64,000 nt of DNA from Eledone cirrhosa (taxonomy: Eukaryota). Below the pieces are notes generated by a model. The model made no database searches. It was not told where the DNA came from and worked only from the letters and a program-made list of their open reading frames with translations. The stretch covers positions 107,508,001-107,572,000 of the forward strand of contig OZ024742.1 of NCBI GenBank assembly GCA_964016885.1, in the 5' to 3' direction. Positions 56,781 through 64,000 of this stretch are shown one piece after another. The stretch's first letter is position 1. Each line of letters starts with the position of its first letter. A program made the translations under genes and the position numbers.

Positions 56781-58745
56781 GGGGAAATTTGATTACATTG
56801 AACCCCGCTACTTAACTGATATTTTATTTTATCAACTTTGAAATGATAAAAGACAAAGTTAACCTTGGTGGGATTTGAACGTAACTGGTCGTAACTAGAT
56901 ACTTGAAAACACGTGGTGCGACGCTCTAATGATTCTGCTATTCCACCTCCATGAGTAACTATATTTAAAAAATCTATCCTAAAAAATCACTATTCACAAA
57001 GAGAAAACTTTATATTTATCAATATTAATAATACGAAAGATGCATATTTCGATTACCCGCAGGCTTTGTTTTTCAATTGTTTACCTTGCCAAGGGTATTT
57101 TATCCAATTTATTCAACTATTGTTTATAACTATTAACCATTATTGTGGTGGATTGGCAGTATTGGTAGAGGGTCGGACGGCATGCTTTGCAGTATGGAGT
57201 TACGGCCCTTTATGATCTGAGTTCAAATCCCACCGAGGTTAACTTTGCCTTTCATCCTTATGGGGTTGATAAAAATAAAGCACCAGTAACGCACTGGAAT
57301 AATTTCTGGCCTTGTGTCAAAAGTAGAAATAATTATTATAGTTCTCTGTATTGTGGCAACTATATTTTCAAATAATAGTAATAATAATATACATGTGAGT
57401 ATCTGTGAGTGACAATTCCCCTTACTTATTTCCACCTGTTTACACGTTATTAGCTTTCGTTAAAATATCTGAATCTTTACAACTTATATTTTTTCTTTGT
57501 CGTTAAATGAAATATAAAAATTATATTTTTCTTTATTGTTAAATGAAATACAGAAAAGAATAGACATAACGTTAAGCACGTATTGATTTTTCTTCTCCAC
57601 CACTATAGCAGAATGCGGTATGTTATATTTTTCAGTGAACCAAATATACTTAGTTATGTCGACATATTATCTTCGTTTGTTTGTTTGTTTTATCTTTCTT
57701 TCTTTCTTTCTTTCGTTCGTTCGTGTATGTATTCTTCTTCTATGATATATCAAGATAGACTTTTTAAATAGTCACATTTCAGAAAACAACTTCACTGAAA
57801 TTTACAATATCCTTCAAATCTTCTATGACGTGAATATTCTATTTTTGGTTTATTTATATATAAGTTAGGATTTTTCTGAAGTGAGGAAAAAAAATGTATA
57901 TAAGAAGAAAGTAAACACAGTTTCTTCCGAATACAAGCAAACGCGATAGATTTTTCTTTTTATCCGTATATTCATAAGAAAAAAAAACTTTCTATTTTTG
58001 CTTCTATATCAATTCGCCAGTTACAATTCATGGCAAACATTGTGAAAACATGTCTGCTGCAATCGAAAGTCTCCTTCTAACTTTATTTTACTGATATTTT
58101 AAGAGTTGTGAAGGCGCGTGGTTCGTGGTTTCGATTCTTGGACCAGGCGGCGCAATGTGTGCTTGGATAGGTTACTTTATATTACGCTGCGCTTTTCTTC
58201 TTCTTAGAGTTATGACCGGTAGATAGAATCAGAATTGGAATTACCAATAGAAAACATTGCTTTTTTGGTCCGAGTTCACGAACGGTTCCTTTCCTTCCCT
58301 CTGCAAGAAGCTACAAACGACAGGAAATGTGAGCAACGGAAAAACTAATGGGAACGTTTTTTCCATCTGTCCGATCTGATGATAAGTTCCCTACGTCTAC
58401 CAAAAGATACGACTGACAAATAGTATTAGCATTGGAAACATGGTTTACATGGTCCGATCTGACGATCAATTCCCTTCTTCTAGAAGTGGTGACCAACAGA
58501 TAGTATCAGTAATGGAAATATTATTTCCTTGGTTCGATCAGCTCCTTTTCTTCCATCTCACTATTTCCACTTCTATGGACTTGCTGAGACCGTTGACACC
58601 TTTCACTAACAAAACAATAAAAAAAGACCTTCACAAGCTTGTCACCTTTCACTCACAAAAAGACCTTCATAAACTGAGCCCGTTGAAATTCCAAGTAATT
58701 AGAAACTATCACCAAGTATTAAAGAACAATATGTTATTTTATAAG

Positions 58746-58826
<81 letters not shown>

Positions 58827-59879
58827 TACATACATACATACATACACACACATACACACACATACATACTAAAATTGTAGGGACCTCGAACACGGAAATA
58901 GCTTCAAAACTGCCAAAGAGTCGAGTTAAACAAAATGAACGGAAGAGATAGATAGATAGATAGATAGAGAGAAAAAGCGAATGGAAATGATAGACCGCAT
59001 AATGTTGACATGGAGAAGTAAGAATGTGATTGTAGAGGAGAAAGTAAAGTTGAATAGCATAAAATACCGAACTAGAGTGTCGGGACCTCTTCAGCTTCCT
59101 TGAAGCTACATGATTTCGCGCGATCAAGAAGAATCACGTATTTAAGGCTAGCCCGCACAACAGAATCAAAATTTCTGTAGGTAGACAAGACAAAACAAAA
59201 CAAGAGAGTAGTAGTAACTGGGCTGCGTCAGGCAGGAAAGATGCATTCTCGTATTCTGACGGAAGAAGCAGCAGCAGGTGAGATGAGAGCGGAAGTAATA
59301 GCACTCGTGGCAGTTTTGGGGGAAGATGGGCGACAGAAAAAGAAATAATGAGTTTCAGAGTTATCTGTCCTTGGCATGTATACACACAAACACACACACA
59401 CATATAAACATGTGTGTCCGTAAATACACATACACATGTGTATGCATGCAAACATACATGTAAAGAAACATACGATCGCATGCACACGCAATGTGAATAT
59501 ACAATGAATCTAAATATGTTGAGTTTTCAGTGCTTAGAAAGGAAGAAAGAAAGAATTTCATTATTGAAATAACCAAGCCTCATACGAATTCTCACACAAA
59601 TATTCACAAGAATATTTTTACACATATAATTATATATACTGTCGTTGCATCTCTTTGTTTGAACCTCTTGTTCATTCGTCCCACATATTTAATTTTTTTT
59701 CGTGTTTAACTTAACTACTTATTGCTACTGTAACACTACGCACTCTTTCTTTGATTTTTGTTTCGACAATATATTTATTTATTTGAGTGTTTAAATGTTT
59801 TCACTTTCTTACTAATCATGCTTATGGAAGTAAATCTAATCTACATGCTACCACCATAAATGAAACTTACGGGTCAGTC

Positions 59880-60190
59880 CGCTTCGTGGTTCCAGCCGAC
59901 AGGATAGAGAAGACATTGCCCCGGAAGATGGGGAGGTAGAAGCACTGGAACAACCATTCCATCTCGTGGGGCTCGCAGCCAACTTCCCTCCGATAGCAGT
60001 GAAGAGGGATGTGGCCTTGGGGTCAAGAACGCTGGAAGTCTACACTGCTACAGGCTCTACAATACACCTATCAGAGAGCGACCGATATTTTGAGAGTTTA
60101 CTTTCTTCGGCTTGGCGAGCAGCAAAACCTGGTCTGGTAGCTGAACACACCAGGTTGCTGCTAGAGAAGATGTTACAACATCCTTGAAGG
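59880..60190 (-). mobile_element. CRE-like restriction-like endonuclease fragment
   Basis: AEESKLSKYRSLSDRCIVEPVAV*TS...EPHEMEWLFQC...IFRGNVFSIL. Confidence 0.75.
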
Positions 60191-60543
60191 GACGCCTGCA
60201 CCGAAAACGCCATGTTTTATGATCTCGTTGAGAGCAGCATGACGTGGAAGGCGGCCAGCACTATAACGACATGACAGTAATATAATTGTTGTTACTTTTG
60301 GCACAAGGCCAGCAATTACCCAGTGCATTACTGGTACTTTATTTTATCGACCCCGTAAGGATGAAAGGCAAAGTTAATTTGAACTCAGAATGGCAAGGGC
60401 CGTAACTCTATGCGTCAAATCATGGCGTCAGACCCTCTACCGATACTGCCAATCGAATAATGAATATTGTTTTGGAAGTGTGCGTTTTCTTGTTTGCAAA
60501 TACTGATGTACATATATAAATATATAGAATATGTCCCTTAAAT

Positions 60544-61315
60544 CTTCTTCTTCTTCTTCTTCTTCTTCTTCTTCTTCTTCTTCTTCTTCTTCTTCTTCTT
60601 CTTCTTCTTCTTCTTCTTCTTCTTCTTCTTCTTCTTCTTCTTCAGAGGCAACCTTCGCCACTTGATCCGGCTAGATCCCCAAGAGAGACACGTCGATATG
60701 ATGGATTTTATACAACCATCTTGCTCAGGGTCTACTCCCGGGTCTCCTGTCGGTTGGTTTTTGCCTTTAAAATCTGTCTAGTGATTCTTTCCTGCGACAT
60801 TTTAACCACATATCCCTAATATTAAAGCTGTGGTCTTTCATTTCGGAGTAGTGGTTCTACCTGGAGCGACTCTGTGATCTCTGAGCTACGCACTCTATCG
60901 AGTAACCTTACTTCAAGGACCCTTCAGAGGAATTACATTTCATCCGCTTGTATTCGGCATCGTATTCTTTCGGTTATTACCCAAGACCCATGACCATAGG
61001 TAAGGCTTAACACAAATACCGAACTGAAGATAGCGAGTTTGGCTTTTACACCTACCTCTCTTTCTCTAATGAACGAATACTGAAACTGGCGCATTACTGC
61101 AACAGTTCCTATAATTCTTACACTTAATTCAATCTCTTGTTTTCCCACATTCGTGAACACGGCCCGAGCTTCTCCACTAGCTTCAGTGGAACTCTATCTC
61201 CATGCTGAGTGCACTGCGTAGGCTTCTTTTAGAGGACGAGTATCTCAGTCTTCGCAGCACTGGTTTTCATTCTAGTCGTGTAGCACTCAACAGCAAACCA
61301 ATCAAATGCATGCTA
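60544..61315 (-). mobile_element. RTE LINE 3' fragment with an expanded (GAA)n tail
   Basis: KAKLAIFSSVFVLSLTYGHGSWVITERIRCRIQADEM; homologous to 56545-56780; (TTC)n at 60544-60643. Confidence 0.85.
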
Positions 61316-61783
61316 ACTATAAGTGAGATTAAAAGACGTTTTTTTCACGACCAAAGCAGCTGAGCTCAAGAACTATCTTCTGCACGCACACAAAATGTTT
61401 GAAAGTGATAAATGCAAACTGTTTACAAATATTAATAAAATAAGCTTCAAATTTGCTCAAAAATTCCTAGTTAAATCTTATTTTGAGTTTGAAAAATAAA
61501 ACAGCAAACTGGTGCGTTGACATAAAAAAAAAAAAATTCAAGCGAAACTAATATGTTTTATATAAACATTTTATACAAATTTTAAACACGAAAACAGATT
61601 AAATGTAATATTGTTGTATTTTATTTTTATTCCGATGTTGGTGGTGTTAAGAGAGAAGAAATGTTATATATATATATATATATAAGAATTGAAATACTAG
61701 AGTGTGTTGGAGTTAGACACCCTCTTCGTATTATAGAAATGACAGTAAAGGTTTAGCTCAATGTAATTAAACAGAGCCGAAGA

Positions 61784-62157
61784 ATTATGAAAATAAACCA
61801 AAGAAGCCTTCAATACATCAAAAGTCTTTATTAGCCAACAATGTTTCGTCCTATTAAAGACTCATCAGGGCAATTAAAGCTATATGAAGCACTATCGGCC
61901 AATACAAGCCGAAAACTCAGAAGAATATGGAATGTACATAGATTAAATCATAGGAAAATAATCGGGTAAAAATTATCAAGTAAAAAATTATCAAGTAAAA
62001 AATTAACCGGAGATTATCAATTATATAATTATATAGCTTATTATATATTTTATGCTTACTTTTAATCATTTATTTTTCATTTTATACTGTAAATATTATA
62101 TGTATTATATTTTAATTTTATTTTCATTTGTATTTTTCATTTGTATTTTTATTTTTA

Positions 62158-62234
<77 letters not shown>

Positions 62235-62737
62235 TATATTTAAACTCTTAATAAGGGTTAGTTTGTGCTTCTATTGATGGAAATGGGTATTGATATATAT
62301 GTATATAGGTGTACATATGTATATATATATACATGTATATTGGGCCTTTTAACATTATTATTATTATCATTATTAATTATATTATATTATATTATATTAT
62401 ATTAGATTATATATAGTACAATAATTCCCGCTCTATATCACCACCTCTGTTTTAGCTCTAGTTTTTGCATTGGACTATATTTGTAATATGGTTCAAAATG
62501 TTACTTACTTCCTTAGCAATTTTCACTTGATAATTTTTTACTTGATAATTTTTACCCGATTATTTTCCTATGATTTAATCTATGTACATTCCATATTCTT
62601 CTGAGTTTTCGGCTTGTATTGGCCGATAGTGCTTCATATAGCTTTAATTGCCCTGATGAGTCCTTAATAGGACGAAATATTGTTGGCTAATAAAGACTTT
62701 TGATGTATTGAAGGCTTCTTTGGTTTATTTTCATAAT
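61784..62737. mobile_element. Fold-back element, ~220 bp arms, HHR plus AATAAA in each arm
   Basis: GCC-CUGAUGA-GUC(C/U) uuaaua GGAC-GAAA(C/U) auu GUU^GGC-UAAUAAA at 61834-61871 (-) and 62650-62687 (+). Confidence 0.9.
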
Positions 62738-62748
62738 ATATATATATA

Positions 62749-64000
62749 TCTAGTGGGTCCGGGTATGATTTTACATTCATTTAAATTATTGACGTATTGT
62801 TTTATTGATATTTTTTATCTGTTTGGCCCGAATCTTCCTTTATCGATTTTAAATCGTATGGTTGATTGTAGACTTGTTCTATATGTGACGGTATTTTAAC
62901 GATAGTTATAGCTCTGATTCATCTGAATTATTGAGCCCTCTGCCGCTCATATCGAATTTCGTTTTTCGTGAACTCGTGCGCCGATTTTTCGATACTCGAT
63001 CTTTCTAATATATTTAGCTCTGGACTTAGCTATCCACCAGTTAATTTTATTGCTCATTTTTTGTCGATTCTATTGAGTGATGAATAGCTTTTGTTTTATT
63101 TTAACATGTCTATTGAGCACTCTAATTCGATATGTGTATTTCCACATTCACTCGAATTGTTTTCGCGGATATAGGGGTCATCTCCCTTGTCTAATGCCAT
63201 GTGCGTTTTTCACCGCTAGTTGACTCCTCTGCCGCCAGGAAAAAACTCGTTGACAACGTAAACTCCGTTCCACTTATTCTAGTAGGCTTTTATATTTATA
63301 TGTGAGCTGATAGAGTACAGTCTAAGGATTTACAGAAACCCATGAAGCTAGATTTAACACCTTTCTAGTGGGTCCGGGTATGATTTTACATTCATTTAAA
63401 TTATTGACGTATTGTTTTATTGATATTTTTTATCTGTTTGGCCCGAATCTTCCTTTATCGATTTTAAATCGTATGGTTGATTGTAGACTTGTTCTATATG
63501 TGACGGTATTTTAACGATAGTTATAGCTCTGATTCATCTGAATTATTGAGCCCTCTGCCGCTCATATCGAATTTCGTTTTTCGTGAACTCGTGCGCCGAT
63601 TTTTCGATACTCGATCTTTCTAATATATTTAGCTCTGGACTTAGCTATCCACCAGTTAATTTTATTGCTCATTTTTTGTCGATTCTATTGAGTGATGAAT
63701 AGCTTTTGTTTTATTTTAACATGTCTATTGAGCACTCTAATTCGATATGTGTATTTCCACATTCACTCGAATTGTTTTCGCGGATATAGGGGTCATCTCC
63801 CTTGTCTAATGCCATGTGCGTTTTTCACCGCTAGTTGACTCCTCTGCCGCCAGGAAAAAACTCGTTGACAACGTAAACTCCGTTCCACTTATTCTAGTAG
63901 GCTTTTATATTTATATGTGAGCTGATAGAGTACAGTCTAAGGATTTACAGAAACCCATGAAGCTAGATTTAACACCTTTCTAGTGGGTCCGGGTATGATT
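62749..64000 (+). repeat. 615 bp tandem repeat (2 full units, runs off the window), one HHR per unit
   Basis: CTAGTGGGTCCGGG at 62750, 63365 and 63980; units appear identical. Confidence 0.95.
63245..63379 (+). ncRNA. Type I hammerhead, U3-A8 core, spanning the repeat junction (also 63860-63994)
   Basis: ACUCG-UUGACAA-C-GUAAA c UCC...GGA UUUAC-A-GAAA-CCCA ugaag CUAGA...UCUAG UGGG-UC^CGGGU. Confidence 0.75.

Noticed and set aside
58335-58560. Degenerate ~80 bp repeats containing CTGATGA/CTGACGA and GGAAAC
   Set aside because: Stems I and II cannot be formed in register; treated as an old tandem repeat
63307-63340. CUGAUAGA as the HHR core of the 615 bp repeat
   Set aside because: Needs an insertion and gives a poor stem I; UUGACAA at 63250 gives proper stems I and II

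Overview
AT-rich, microsatellite-laden animal genomic DNA. The repeat content suggests a cephalopod (octopus-like); this is inference. There is no intact long protein-coding gene, and nearly all long ORFs in the track are microsatellite artefacts. Bases 1-~24 kb are CpG-poor and look like the introns and 3' end of a + strand host gene, with candidate same-phase alternative last exons, RTE and mariner relics and many tRNA-derived SINEs. Bases ~24-64 kb are CpG-richer and packed with mobile DNA: a decayed Neptune-type Penelope-like element (RT plus C-terminal GIY-YIG), a 3 kb Helitron, CRE, R4/Dong and RTE fragments, and MITEs. The main signal is RNA. About a dozen sequence-unrelated families of short non-coding elements, mostly in or beside (TA)n tracts, carry hammerhead ribozyme (HHR) motifs. 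Several are fold-backs with both 3' ends pointing outward, or tandem/permuted units resembling retrozymes. Two unrelated families carry an HHR with a non-circular strand order (cleavage strand, then GAAA strand, then CUGANGA strand); one has a canonical kink-turn in stem III, supported by a compensatory base change. Three other families use the U3-A8 core variant. All structures were folded by eye and none is experimentally tested.
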